NCBI GenBank assembly: GCA_040954595.2
Contig: CM082576.2
Location: 372,001 to 436,000 of the forward strand
Direction of reading: 5' to 3'
Source of the DNA: Balanoglossus misakiensis
Lineage: Eukaryota; Animalia; Hemichordata
DNA length: 64,000 nt
The position numbers were made by a program, and so were the translations under genes. The notes under the pieces are model-generated. The model did not search any database. It saw only the letters and a list, made by a program, of their open reading frames with translations, and was not told the origin of the DNA. Shown one piece after another: positions 22,672 to 37,800 of the stretch (position 1 is its first letter; each line of letters opens with the position of its first letter).

Positions 22672-25600
22672 AATGTATTTTGTTTGCCAAATTATTTATT
22701 TATTTACTCTATACTGTACAGATATTCAATTATCTTACACATGAATTGGAAACCCTAAGATGAAAACTAATGCATATATTGGAAAAATAGTACTATTGGT
22801 GAAGATGTTTGATATTCAACAGGTGAACAGTATTACTACAGAAATCAAATACCCAAGGTGCAAAGTGTATACTATTGCCATTTCAATGCAACAATGGTAA
22901 AACTTAGATGCTGAATTTGAAGGATTATTTTTTCAAACTCAATGAAGTCAAATAGTATTTTCATAAACCCCTATGGGATGGGGGATATTTATTGGTGCTA
23001 TGATATTTCATAATCTTGGTTGCCAATTAAGAAACACTATTTCCGGGAAACGCATCATTAATAAGCGAGAAAAGTCACAAAAAGTATTTAATGATCACCG
23101 CATGAGGGCTCTGTCAAACCAACTCTGGATTCTAAGTATTCTACGGCTTGCGATATATAATGAGATAAGCTAATGTCACCACCTGGAATTAATGAACCAG
23201 AAGTTGATGATGCCAGCAAAGCGTGTCGAAGTCTACGATCTATGCAGAACAATTACACTTTACATAGCGCGTTTTTGAAAAGAATTATCTTGAATCTCAA
23301 GTCGTTGACGAAAATCGGTTTGGAGTCAATTTGGTAGATATCACTTTTTTATAATTGAGATATTGAAATGGAGACATCACAGTGACACACGACTGAAGGA
23401 CTCCTTGCACATTAATTTTTTTTCTAACAAGTTATTCTGAATACCAATATCAGTCTTGAAATTTTACTAACAAATTGAATGTATTTAATACAATGTTAAT
23501 ACTATAGCAGCAACAGACCGTTTTGCCGTGATATGATAAGCTAAAGTATCTGAATATAAAACACCAAGAACGCATATAATGAGTGTTAAAATATTTGTCG
23601 GGTTTTATGCGGTCGTCAGTGGTCTCGTTATCATTATTTGGTTTGCTCAAAACGAACTGAAGTTATGTTATGGAGCGCATCCACTATTTCTATGTTTGGC
23701 AGCAAAATCATTTTAATTTTCGACTAAAATTTTAACAATTTAGTGTTGTTTATGTCATGATTTGTATATTTACAAACATGAACAGTATCTGCAGTAATTT
23801 TTTGCCAAGAGATTTGCAGAGAATGTATACAATCTATACTTAGTACATGCGCTTTCGGCCTTCCAAGTGCTAAATTATTTAGATGACGTATATATGTCGA
23901 AATCACTCGTCGACATTTAAATCATTAACTTAGAGGAAAAGCTGCTGGCTTGATTGTGCTACCCAATCCCAATGTTAACGCCGTTTTTGCATAATTATTT
24001 TATTTTTTTATTTGTCTTAGTATTTTATGTTTTGATAGCTCCACTTTAAAAATGACATCCTGGTGTCGTTTTAAAACCTCTGTTATAATATTCAAACATA
24101 CATGCACACTGTGAAGGTACCGTGACGTCATTTTCCTTACCACGTTCTCTTGTTTTAAAGACATGGGAGAGATTTTAAATGTACATCAATTAAAACATTA
24201 TGGCTAAAGGACAGATACTCTATGTAAGAGACGTTCTTTGTTATAAGCTTTGAGTAGCATGTAGTGCGGTTACAATGGAAACGGCACGTATTCTCCACGC
24301 ATCCACTGGCGCGCAGGTCAAGGGGAGGAAAGGTGGCATTCTGTGACCGTGAACTGTACCTCGATTTTGATACTACGTTATTTCAAATTATTTCTAACAT
24401 GTTGTTTTAGTAAGCTGGATACTAGGCATTTCATCACGTTTCAGGAATTTGAACAAGAAACTGCAGACTGCAGTAAATACACAAAACAAACATACTGAAA
24501 ACATAGCGAAACGTTACAGCTAATGGAGCTTTAAACATATAATTGCGATTCTTCTGCCACAGCCCTTCTGACATTTATTTGACATAGCCGTGCCACGTTC
24601 AGTGGCACTCGCGTTGCTAGCGATATCTGCTGCTCGATTTCAAACTACATGTACTGGAAGGACGGTTATTTTTTTCTAATCCCCCTCGGGTTTTTTTCTT
24701 TAAACTATCACGTTTCTAAACGCGGAGAAATTTTTAAGTGGGTGTATAGGCAGGTAGGTAAGTTATTATTAATATCAGACCTGTGCCAATTTTCCTAACA
24801 CAACCAATAGATTGGCAGGAGATTGACCCAATAGTATTTGTATGGCGCCTCGTTTAGGACAGGTTTCTCTCACAATGTAGGTGATTAGACCATCACGTGT
24901 TTTGCAATATGGCACTGCGACAAAGAGAAGTCACTTTCTAAATTTTCTGTCATTATGTAAAGAATTTCTTGTATATCGTGGATTTGAATAAATTGAAGAC
25001 ATCTTTATTCAGATAATGAACCGCCATTCAAATGACTGCCACCAGAGCTTTAAGACCAATTTTTGTCTGATGCTCATTGTCGACCCTGCCCGCAGACGTG
25101 CATATTTTACCCGAGGTTAGAGATAATCACATTTAACATGAATTGGAGCGTACTATTCAATGATTAAGCAACAAGATGTGGAGCAGACAGAAAGTTAGTA
25201 AAATGGCAGTCAAGCAGTTAGTCAGTCAGTCAACATCCTACCTTTGATGTAAAATGGAATGTTCCGATAGCCAATTAACAGGATAGTCGTGCCAGCGGTT
25301 GAGAGTCGAATTTCGATGACGTTTTCTGTACCGATGGCAGTAATCGTGATGTGGCATTAATTCGTAAACCTTTAGCGTCATCACTCTATCCTATACAATA
25401 CTTGACCAGAACAATTAAAATAATTACACAAAGTAAAGGCACAGGAACAGGGGATTTGTGAGGCTTTCCTTTAAAAATCTGCAGAAATATGAGGTCAATC
25501 CTTCATTCCTTAATGGTGATAAGTGGAAGATTCATTTGCTAAACTAGGATAACTTACTGATCTTCTGCATGTTTCGTGTATATCAGCTATATATATATAT

Positions 25601-28600
25601 ATATATTCCTTGTGGGCGACGGTGCGCCTTTTGGCAAAACTCCGTATAAGTAAAAAAAAATGTGCGTATATATGACACCATAATGAGAGACTGCGCGACA
25701 TGATGCAAAAACGACCTATACAAGTCAATGTACACAAGAGATTTAACCTTAGGCGTTCAGCACACTTTTCAAGACACATAAAGAAAAACACGTTACATGG
25801 GCATGTATCTGAAGTAGGTGACTTCACTGTAGAAATATATGAAAAGAGCCGCTGGTTATGTGAAATGCAAATAGCCCGGCGTCTTCTCAAGAAGACTTGT
25901 CTTCAGCAATTTCTTTAAATGCCACAGACGAAGAGACCAAAGTGCACTTTTCCTTGTATCAGGTAACATCTACAAATGCAGTGTACCAGACTTTTACTCA
26001 GTGTTGCCGCTGATAAATGTTCCACTGGTAGATAAACAACGGTGGATTAGGATTACGTCCTGGTGATAGTGTATAGAATGAAAGCTGTATAACTATTGGT
26101 ATTTTTAGATGAACAAAATATATTGCTCGGGGAATTATTCGGAAGAAAACAGGAAGGTAGCAACATACTTAAACACATAATCATGTTATTTAGGAAATCC
26201 TATTCTTTCAACTAAAGTTGTATATCACACGCTGGATATATATATACATTGGAGGTGACCGTATACCGTTAAGTGAGAATGCGTGCTCAGCTGTTCATTA
26301 TTTATGATAATGAAATGAGTAATTCCAGGGATTTTGTTCACATGTCAACATTATCCAATCATCCCAAAATAGTTCCAATCATATCGGTACATGCGTAATT
26401 AAATTGAATTGTGTGGACGGAAAAGATGCCCTCTGCGTTAGAAAAAATGAAGGGGGCAACGGAAATACCATGTATTTGTTAGTCTCCTGAGCCTACAGGG
26501 TCATGTGTAGCGCTAACAAAATTACCGTCAAAATATACTGTCAAAACCTCGAAACCAGGAAAGTATTAATTTGAGAAATATCACCGACACGCTAGATAAC
26601 AACCAAACTCTTGTCGTCCCCGCCGGGTGATGCAAATGCCTGATCGTGTCAACATCGAAACCCTTGTTTGTAATTTGTTTGTTAATCTGCGAGCAACAGT
26701 CTACATGTTAACTACAAATATATCGGTATCGCAGAAACAATAGCTTCAACGTCGAAGTTTAAATCGAAGAACAATTAGCTACGACTTCAAAGTTTAAATA
26801 TATTCAACAAAGCTTGAACAATGTGAGACGTGGCACTATTTAGATGGAATATTGATGCGAATATTGAGTTGTTCCAATTTTAATACATGGTTTGAACTCA
26901 GACAGACTGTATTTTAGGGAGTTCTGTACATGTACATTTTAGACGATTGTGAATCTTTGGGTATACTTTGTTTTGAATCTATCTTTGCAGACATGAGATG
27001 TTTTGTTCGGCAGGCGGATTAGCTATTAGTAACGGCACATGCTCTTGTTAAACTCTTTTCTGGGGTTTCAATTTATCTTCCCAAACTGCTTTGGACATAT
27101 TTACGACTCAAAAAGTATTTTATCACCTGAAAAGACTCATCACTGTCAGCTTGACATTCAGGTGACCTCGGTACAAGCTTCCAAGCCATGCTTCTAAATT
27201 CACAGAGTGTCTACTCAAGATTGCAATAGTCCTTTTCGTACTACATAACATGGCTTCGGGCGTGTAGGACGACAACCGTTGAACTCTGTCTCACAGCTGA
27301 AATGAGTTTTGGGCAAGATGTAAAATCACAAATGGCTTTATTCATCTCAGTCTTTAGTAATGCGCTACGTATTTCCCCATTACAAGGTGTTTTGTGGGTG
27401 TGCAGGCCGTGGACAATCACGCTCAGTGAGAAACTTTGTAATATTAAATGATGTGTATGTCTTCGTGACTGCAACCGTTCGCATTTGCTCTAAATTGTAA
27501 AGTGAACGGGGTGCTGAAACGTGCAGCTTGTTGATTCTGCATTGAAGTTGAGATTGATGCACTGTGTTGCCAGAAAGACGTTAAGGCGTCGGCGAGAGGA
27601 AATTGGTTTCGCTCCATGCATCCTTTCAGGAACGAATAAGGCAGGGCATATATTAAATCCACGTCTTATGAAGAGAGCTGCACAGCAAATGGATTCTCAT
27701 TATTAATGCAGTCAGCTATGATGTCGGTTACTGTGGTGTCACGTTATCAACTGGAGCTTATTGTGTGCTGCTTTAGGAATATAGCCATATCTAAGTTCGA
27801 TTTACATTTCTATAGAGGAGCCGGGTGTTCACGTTTTTACCTGCATGTTTTTGATATTAATCAATTTAATTATCTGTTATTTAAAACAAATATTCCCTAC
27901 TGGGAATCATTAAAATAAAACATTAACATTATCTTAGCAAAACTGACAGTTCTGAAAAAAATAACTTGGAAGAAAACGCGCCTGTAACGCGTATTAACCC
28001 AATATTGAACAAGCAGGTCTAATGTTCATATGTGGGAACACCACACAATGACATTATTCGGGTAATGAGGCAAAAAATACGACCTCTGTCAAAAATTGAT
28101 CAAGTCATCATCAACTTATCTCGCTTGACTAAAAATGGAATACGGAAGGTTATTAAGATATTATGTAATATTTGAAGTCCCTTGCCATTGATAGTGATAT
28201 GTCCACACTTATACAGGTTTTCTGTGGACCATCTTTGAATCACTAACAGCGATTACGCTCTTGTATCTGAGTCAGGCGTGACGCGTGATCTCGAACTGCT
28301 TTCAAAATCTCGTTTTTATTGTACGTGACCACCTTTCACCTGATCTATTAATCATGAAGTGTTGTGTGCGTTTAACTCCTTTACTGATACAAGACGTGTA
28401 GAATAGGCTGGAATCAACAGGGAATTCAACAAGTTAGACGAAAGAAGTACAAACCACTAGCTGCCTAATTTCGTTGTCTGTTCTAGTCACCGATATTCGT
28501 CTGATATTAGCGAAACCAAAACTGGTCAAAATAATTTACACAAAGGACGGGTGGGATTGTTCGAGAAGTAGACAGACACGTGTCGAGAGTGTGTCGCGAA

Positions 28601-31600
28601 TGTTGGGGTTAAAGGTCGTGCATGGGTCGAGTGAAAGTGATTGACAGGTGTTTTGCGCAACTCTACTCAATCAGAAGTCAGAAAGGGTGTCCGTGCTTTG
28701 CGTGCTGAGGGATGCCATGAATAACCTGTCAGCTGTCATACTTGCCGAGAATAGATGTACTGACAACCACGTGAATGCCTATGTAAGGCACCATGCCGGG
28801 CAAATGTGGTCTTTGACAGCCCACACTGTTTTGTTTCTGTGTCACCAGCTAAGCCTAAACCGATCAGTTAATTGGTGCTTCAAAATACTCCAGTAATGAT
28901 GTCAAGTAAACCAATACGGGTTTCTTTTGTCAGGTACGTTGCAATACTTCCTTCACTGTTGATTTGAACAGACTACACAAAGACGACCTGTCGTGCATTC
29001 CATAACAATGGTTGACAACCGATGATCACGTAAATACTTTAATTAGCATAAATGAACGGTGTGTGTACAGTGCAGATGCATGTGGAAGGTTGCGTCATAT
29101 TGGTTACGCTGGGTGATGTTTTATTTAAAAGACCAGTGTAAATGTGATTTTAAAATCTGGCGTTTAATATCGATCTTTTTAAATAGTACTGTTCGGATCG
29201 GAAAGGTTTCTTCTTTGTTTCAGTTAGTTATTTTGTTTTGTTACTTTGCAATAACATTGCTTTCGTGGCTACTTTCCACATAAGGACAATTGCTTGTACG
29301 TAATTATCGGTTGCTATGCTTTACGGCGAAGGAAAGCCCCATAGGTTGTTTCAGTTGCTGGTGGGTTCAAAGACCGTAAAAGTATATACGAGACTTTCTA
29401 ACAATGTTAATACGGGCAAAGAATGCTGTTTGAAATTTATAGAAACCGATGAAAATATACTCAGGCCTTCGATTCGCATTAACCAAGTAATATTATCTAC
29501 ACATTGAGGAGTAGGTCAGTACATGTATATCGCTAATTAGGAAAAGTTAATTGAATCTGCCATTTGTGATTGTGGACCAAATTAATTTCCTTTTTGCTCT
29601 CATCGGTTTAGTTTTTAATAATATGGCTTTCTGTGAAAAATCGTCAAATAAATCGCAGGTTTCTTGTCGTTCCACATTTTGGTAAAACTGACTTCGTTCG
29701 TAAAATTGCCAAAGTTATATAGTACCCATAAGATTATCGAGATAATCTGTAGGTTGCTGCCAGCGTGGCGGTCGCTATGACAACAATTATTGACATTTCC
29801 AATATTTTGCTGGACGCGCACGCGGTGGGTGATGCGTAGCCATGACACGAGAAAAATTAGTTTCACTATAAGTTCCATAGGTGAGTCTGTCAATAACGCC
29901 ATACATTGTATCTATAACAAACAAGCCTTCGTTGACTAAAGTATTAAAATAGCCTCATTGCAAATTTACTATGCAGGTACCTCCCTTATTAGATTAAATA
30001 TAATCCACAACCGGGTAAAGACTTCACATTACGTACGTGATCAGAACATTTTTGTCCCTTCATTATTCATCTAATACAAGATTTAGGGTAACTTATGAGG
30101 TTCGCGTGGGTATAGTTCATAATTCTGAAAAAAATAATTGTTTACATGCAAAGTGTTCCCTTTTCATGCTATTCATGGGTGACGACCGTCAACAATGAAA
30201 AATGCGCTAATAGCCTGTTACCTGTTTTTGAAAAAAACTGTGTTAACAAGGGACTCTATGACACAAAGACAAACAAACAAACACTGTCGGTGTTATAAAT
30301 GTTGATGACACATGAATACAATTCATAAAGCGAGCTTCCCATTGTATATAATAGCGCTTTGTTGTAAAGCAAGACATTTGCTACTGTGAACCTTACAAGC
30401 TAACCTTAATATTAATATTCATTTGGATTATTCAAGGTGATTAATAAGCAGAGCGTAATCATTCATTTCGAATGATGTTGACTCATTGACGATGGTGAAT
30501 ATTTAAGATGCTCTGATCGTACGTGCCCTGTAGATGATAATTGCCATGAACATAGATACTGACATTCAGGAAGCAACTGCCGGGGAAATAGTTTCGTTTG
30601 GCGTTTAAGGGCCAACAGATTTGATGGAAATGTAAATACTTCAAGCTTTTTTGTGTTATATGCTAAATGCTAAAAACAGTTTGTACGCCACTACCTGTAG
30701 GTTCCCATGACTTAAAAGAACCGTTGTGCTTTTATTATACGGAACCTTAAGTTTAGACTCTGACTGCGATGTATTGTAAGCCACGAAAGGCACTGTTTCA
30801 GTCACGGCAATATGGCGGCCAATATGATGGGGTCAAAGGGCGAACATTCCCATGCAAATTTATATGCATGAAAGTACGCCCTGCTGCATACATGCAAGGA
30901 GCAATTATCAGTGACTGATTATCAAAATAGAGCGAATGGGCCTTATCAACATGGTATGCTTAATTTGACAAAATGGTTCGATCACAATTTATCTTACTAT
31001 AGATGCATCATTAATATTAAAATTCTTCATGCAGCAATGTGTCACAGACTGTACTCTCTTCTTCGGGCGGCAAATTTCACTTAACAACAAATGTCTTACG
31101 ATATATTGAGATGTGCGTGAAAACAGTCATTAATAAGTAAAGCTGGCTTACAGAAGAGAAAATGGTTTCTTATTTTCCAAGTTTATCCGGTCCGACTGGG
31201 TCGACTGTCACAGATATTGACACTGCAAAACGTGTATCGACATTCTATGAATTGCTGCATAAATTGACGAGCGAGATCAAATGATTGGTGGAAAATTCAA
31301 TTATTTGTCTACTCCTTTCAAAACATTCAACCACATTTAAGAGTGCATTGCAACCAACTTACTTCTAATCCCGTGTGTATATTCGTTTGACAAGTGGATT
31401 GAATGATTCATAGTGTGATACACGTAATTGTCCCAGAATTCTAGGGTGTTATTAGCGTTTACATTGTAGCAAACGCCGCTGCTTCATCGACGGTTGGATC
31501 GAGTTTACTTTTCGTCTCCAGATATTATGCTTAAGTGCCACGCGAAGATAGAGGTCGGTGATTTGATCACGTGATACAGTAAAATATTACAGCTACGAGA

Positions 31601-31855
31601 TGCACGGTGTGCGTCTAGCAATGTCAGAGCGGCCTTTCATAACCCACCAGGCGTATGTGTCTTCTCGTAAAGCGACGGACGGCGATACAAGCAGACGCAA
31701 GCGGTAAAATCTTTCAACGCAGAAATATGACGCGAAAATGAACCAACGCGTGTTGTGTCTTATATCCACGTCCCTGGTGAGACGATTAGCTGCCATCGAT
31801 CATACTTGTCGTTCGTCAGTTCGTAGCCGAGCTCCCAGTATCAGCATTGGCCACC

Positions 31856-31869
31856 ATGACAACGAACAG
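31856..31869 (+). CDS. CNG-2 putative first coding exon end (MTTN)
   Basis: GCCACCATG Kozak context, CAG/GTAAGG donor, phase 2 matches exon 35232. Confidence 0.6.
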
Positions 31870-34800
31870 GTAAGGGAACTTGGGCATGATACTGTGTGAG
31901 AAGTCGAGCGACCGTACTAGTGTAGAGCGCAGGAAAAGACAAGAAACACTGCGATAAACCGTACAAAACACAAACACCTCGCTGTTATGTATCATCTTTG
32001 GTGCAAATTATGTAAGTTTCGCTTGAAGCACGGCGCAAATATAGCTTCGTCCGTAGTTTTTCTTCGCCTTAAAAAATGAAAGGAATAATCATTCATGATC
32101 TCCATGAATGATATATATATAGATATATATGACTGATTGCGTGATTGATTGATTGGTTGATTGATTGACGTCGACTGACTGATTGCTTGATGAAGTTAAC
32201 TTAGCCCCATCTTACATTTATTGTTAATCTATGCAAAATAATATTTTTCGCAAACAATACAGTTAATAGTACGCTATGACGTAAATCGAATTTGAAAGAT
32301 ATCGGAATAATTGCAACGGATTTGTTGAGATGTCGAAGTTCCTGGAAACGATTTAGTATCCCTAAAATAGTTAGCGTGAGATATTCCGGTTCGTGCTATA
32401 CAATTAGTCTCATTGTGAAATTTGATTAACTGCGGCCTTCATCTTACAAATACGATTTCATGTTGCTTTGTGGGTATTTTTGATCTTCCACAGAAACAAT
32501 CACAATCTTCATTTGCGTTTGCCCACTGCCGAAAGTAGAGGTCAAAGTTTTTTCAGAACATTTACTTTAAAGGGGCATACAGTATGTTATGCACAACTGG
32601 CCTTTTGTTTCACTTTTTTCCAATAGGCAGTTCAGTGCACATCCAGACAAAAGGAATGTTGTTTATATCTATAAAACAAATATGGGCCTTTAAGAAAGGC
32701 CTCAGAGCACTATTAGAGTTCAGTTTGATGCACAATTAGCGAACAGCACAAAAGCCATTTACGATGGAAGTTATAGCGTCCTGTCCAAGTGCACATCTAA
32801 CTACCTGCTTCAGGGAAAGCCAAGGGATATCCGACCCTTTGAACGTGCTGCATGTAACAGCCGCGTGAAAACTGTTTACTTCGTTGCGTAGCGACGGTAA
32901 TTGGCCGGGGCACTTTGAACGGAAAACGAGATGCCATGAACAGCGAATAGAGTTCATTTAGTCATCCCCGTCTTCTCGTTAGTGCTCATGTCAGCCAAGT
33001 GATGCGTTCATACTTTCCCTATTCTTTCCTTCCTGCCTAATCTTGAAGGGTTCATGAATACAGAGTTCTCAGATCTACACATCCTAGACTGACAACTCAT
33101 GTTCAGAGAGCCTCCTGCAAATAACCTCGGACATCGATGGGGGGGGGGGTCATGAATGAATTGTGTATTGTATCTGTTAACAGGTACTGCATTTTTGAAC
33201 TGGAACACTGCGCCAGGTAATTAGTGGTAAATGATGTTTTTAACCAGAATAGATTTTTCAGTCTGCCTCTTTTTCCTGTGTCCTGTGATAATGAACCAAT
33301 TTAGTTTATGAACTATAGGCTTACCAATTAAGATGTAGTACATTGTAAATGAAAGGCCTGATCTGTGCCGTAGAGAATGTTTTCCTCGAGTGATTCGGTG
33401 CATTCTGCGACTGTACTATCGCAAGAGCAGCAAATGAAAGTACAGCAGAATGCTCTGCAGCAAGAGGGAACCTAAATTCTGTACGACACAGATCACGCGC
33501 AGAGGTCATGTAACTCTTTTATTATTGTATTTTGTTCCCTTAAATTTGACGAACGTTTTGACCCTGGAGTCTAAATTTTCAATACCGTGTCGAAAATCAC
33601 CGTTCAGGATTTCCACGTGGCACTAAACTCATGGAAGTAACACTTATTACTTTACAGAGGTATGTTATTAATAATACATATGTGTGATTTTCATCGTCAC
33701 ATTTTAAATAAGTCGTCAGGAGCGATACTTTTTCATGTTGCTATGGCTACGCGTCTTCGCCGCCATCGTTGTCATTTTCATCGCTATTCGTGAGAAAATT
33801 GTTGAAGATCGGTAATAATGTGGCATACTTAAAAAAACCTTATACCATTGCTGCATTAGCAAGAAATGAGATACCGAAATACACCTATACAAATTTGAAT
33901 AATCCGGAGTGTATGTGTTCTTATATTACACATGCTTCCATAGTTAGCCGCTTAACACTGAAGCCTGAAAACATTACTCATGACTAGGTCGTTCCAATCT
34001 TTCCTGAGTCTTGCCGTATCTGCGTGGCTGTCATTTCTGAGCCTTAATGACTGATTGCAATACGCCTTGTTATTCATCGGAATTATAGAATAAATATTAT
34101 TGGGACACAATAAATTATGACACCTGAATTCTTGATTTCCTTTGAGATAAACATAATCTAGTCTATTATAGCATTGCCCTATTTTACGGACAGCACGATA
34201 ACGCTAATGATACTAGATGTTAGCACGGGTTTTTTTGACAAAGGAAAGGCGAAAAGTGCCTCTGGTAAATAAGAACGCCTATGTATTATAGAAGCCCACA
34301 AAATTGCCACAATTTTTTTCTCAGTCACAAATCATGTGAGAGATTTGCTGTTAACGATTGCTTTGTAGTCCGTCTCTTACTTTTTATAACAAATTAATAC
34401 ATCGCGGCGCGTGACGTTTAGACTTTATATAGGACATTGCACCCGCGATCGGTTTTGCTATATGTCGGTGCTGTGTCATGGAAATCTGCACACTTTTCTC
34501 TGATTGGTTTCGAGAAAGGCTGCTCGAGGTTGAGACGCTGCAGTAGAACATGACATATGTTAGGAATTGGCATATACCGGTATTAGTGACCTCACATTTT
34601 CTCATCTTGTGTTGTGGTCATACAATATCCTTCCAGACTCAAGTTTCTAAAAAGTTAAAATATTTCATTTGTTTCTTGCTGATATCACAAATGATTTGAC
34701 TCGTTCCAGAGTCGATCCGGTCCATGCGTACCATATATTTCAAAATACAGATATTAATGTCTGTCTGCTTGCTGCAAAGAATTAAGTGGCTTTACAACGC

Positions 34801-37800
34801 TGGCACTCTCTTACCGTAACTGTGGAAATGATGTGTGGGCGTTGGACTGGTCCAGTATTTCCCTGGAAGGTGCCATTTCACAGTCGGCCCCCGCAGAGTC
34901 ACATAAATCGGATTGATACCCTGCCTCTTTCCAATATTATTCCTGATCACAAGTCTCTGGCGGAGAGAAAATCTTAAAACCTTATTTTACCTTTCCCATT
35001 TATGACTGAGAATCGCTTGTTTGTAGAGTGCATATTTTATACGGAAGGACTTCTGTGTGTTTGTCTCCGATACGAACATAATCATGGTTGGCAATTTCTT
35101 GAGCGGTGATTTGATATTGGTGATTACTCGAGTCAGAAATCCATTCTCCTTCTTCATTTTCTATGATTGTACGTGGATCCCATTCAATACTATCTTTTTA
35201 ACAAAATGTCGTGTTCATTTTTGACGATCAGACATACCATGGACAACAGTAATGACGCAGGTGAATCAAAGACAGACAACGAAAGCAATCCTGGGAATGC
35301 GATGTCAACTGATGATGACGACGACGTGAATGAACCAACCGAAGAGGACGCCAATGACAAGGGAGTAAGTCGAATTTTTAATAACTAGTAAAGTTTCGAG
35401 CAAGCCATTTTATTTATACGTGAGGCATGAAAAATAGTCTTCAACGTAGACAGTTTTCTTTCTAACCTTCCGCCGCGATTTTCCCAATAACTGAACGGCA
35501 GACAATGTTCGCTCCCCACCTATTATTCACAGCACGTTTGACGGAACGTATCGTCACAAATACAAGATCTTCCATTTAAAACACAATTTAGTACTTAGAA
35601 ATCACCTGAACACTCTTTTTCATAGCCATCCATTTCCAAGTCATCGATCTAGATGCAGATTACTGTGCAGTGTTTGCCCGTGACGCGATTGAGATGTACG
35701 AAAACCCATTTAGAACAGACGCAAACATAATCTCTTCACTGAAGTTGCATATAACAGCACAGCACCGAGACGAGAATTTCAAAAAGCGGTCATCGACCGT
35801 CATTTTTAAAGAGGTACATGTAAACCCTACCAGTTTCAGGTGATTTGAACACTTTATTTGGACAAATCATGAATCTTTAAAAAAAATCATTAGATGCGTC
35901 ACAATTGACTTCCTGGTGTAGTGTATCGGAATAACCGATAGCAGATTATATTTCAACTACTCAGCATTCGATGAGAAGATGAGCAAGAAATTTGTCAATT
36001 GCTAAGAGTCGTTTTTTATTTGCCAAAACAACCTTGGGCTAAATGTTGACATAGCATTGTAAATGGTTAACGCACATATGTGAAACCTATACCTACGAAT
36101 GTTTAAAGGCGATGAAGGTGGCAGTTTGAAAAATTACATAGGTCTCTATACTCTGAAAAAGAATAGTGCATATTTTTAACATGTTTTAACTTATTATGAT
36201 ATTCAGAACTGCATTTTCTACAGAGGATGGTGTGCGAACTACTTCAAATAAGAGAATGCTTGCTTTCAGTTCTATTATTTAGACTTGTGATTGAAATTCT
36301 ACTCTGTAAGATTAGACACGATAAAACCATCAAAGGGTTCCGTCAATTCAGTCATAATGGCCAGGTGAAAAAAGCAAAGATATCATTACTAGCAGACGAT
36401 ACAGCTATATTTGTTCAATACTTTGCTTCAGTTGAATCTAATTGCAAAATGTGCCGTGGCACAACCAAATTTAACTTCTCAGTGATAACAATCAAGATAG
36501 TAATACCTTCGTCATTCACGAAAACGGGATTATTTTGCCATCCGTGACCTCTTTCTAAAAGACAGGCTACAACCCACTACTGTTACTGGCATTGCAAACG
36601 TGGTCAGAAAAAAATGAAAACATATCATAATAACGTGACAGTCTATCAAAACATACGGTCGAAAGAGTACATTCAGGGGACAAGTTCGTAACTTTAAAGG
36701 GCATGTGTTTGAAAATGCATGAACACGATATTGGCCGACGCTGCGTTTGGGCTCTGGTATAGAAAATACAGAAACCGCCATCAATAGAAGCCATCTCAGA
36801 TGCACCCTACCTGAATACCGTTCACGACATTATTTAATGTCTGTTTACTAATGTAATTCAGTCACATTGAAAACAACAAGTTGACTCAGAGGAACACATC
36901 CGGGTCTTACAAATGTTAAAACTGGAAATTCGACTTGCTTTCTCAATTACAGATGTTTTACTGAAGACAAACACTTTCTTGCTAGTTTTATTGCAACATC
37001 CACGTGGTCTATTCCACAGGTGCCTGTGATCTTTCAAACGACACTTAAGGAAGTGCTAATCATTTACTATATTTACATATGAATACATTGTGATAATTCT
37101 AAAGATGTGTAATTTTTAAGAGAAACGATTAACCGGACGATGTAATTTTGCTTCCAGAAACGATGGATGGATATCACAGATTTTGTTATTAATCCAGAGG
37201 GAGAATTCATCTACTACTGGATGGTGAGTACATTACTCGGTTATCAAATATTATACATTCATTGTATTAAAAGCCTTCCCGACACAGACAGAGATTGTTG
37301 TAAGAGACAAGTCATGAGAAATATATTCTTGTGCGTGCATCACGTCAAACCCTCCGTTAGAAGATGTGTGTTGGACTCTAAAAGTGAAAAAAAGTTATTG
37401 GTTTTAAAATGTAGGTAATTTTCAAATATTAATTTTCGTTTCTGACGTTACTTCTAATAATCAATCATTTTCTGAGCCTGTTAGTTTTTCTTGCCATGAA
37501 GCCAGTAGAAATTTCTTTGATAACTTATTTATACGTATTGCATTTTTAACGTTAAAATTTTCCTAGCTTGGAAAAAATACTAATTGATTGTTCCTAGAAG
37601 TGACAAATTCACACTAACGGACAGGTTGTCGATAATGATAGAAATAAAGTTCACGCAAGGGTCAGGCTAACTAATAACAATGTCCGAAAAAAATCAGCAT
37701 AAAAGACATCAGAGTCACCGGTGATACAGAAGTCCACTGTATTGAATCTGGAATACCCATAATACTCTTCGTAGCTCAAAGCTCGGTATGAACGAATGAC

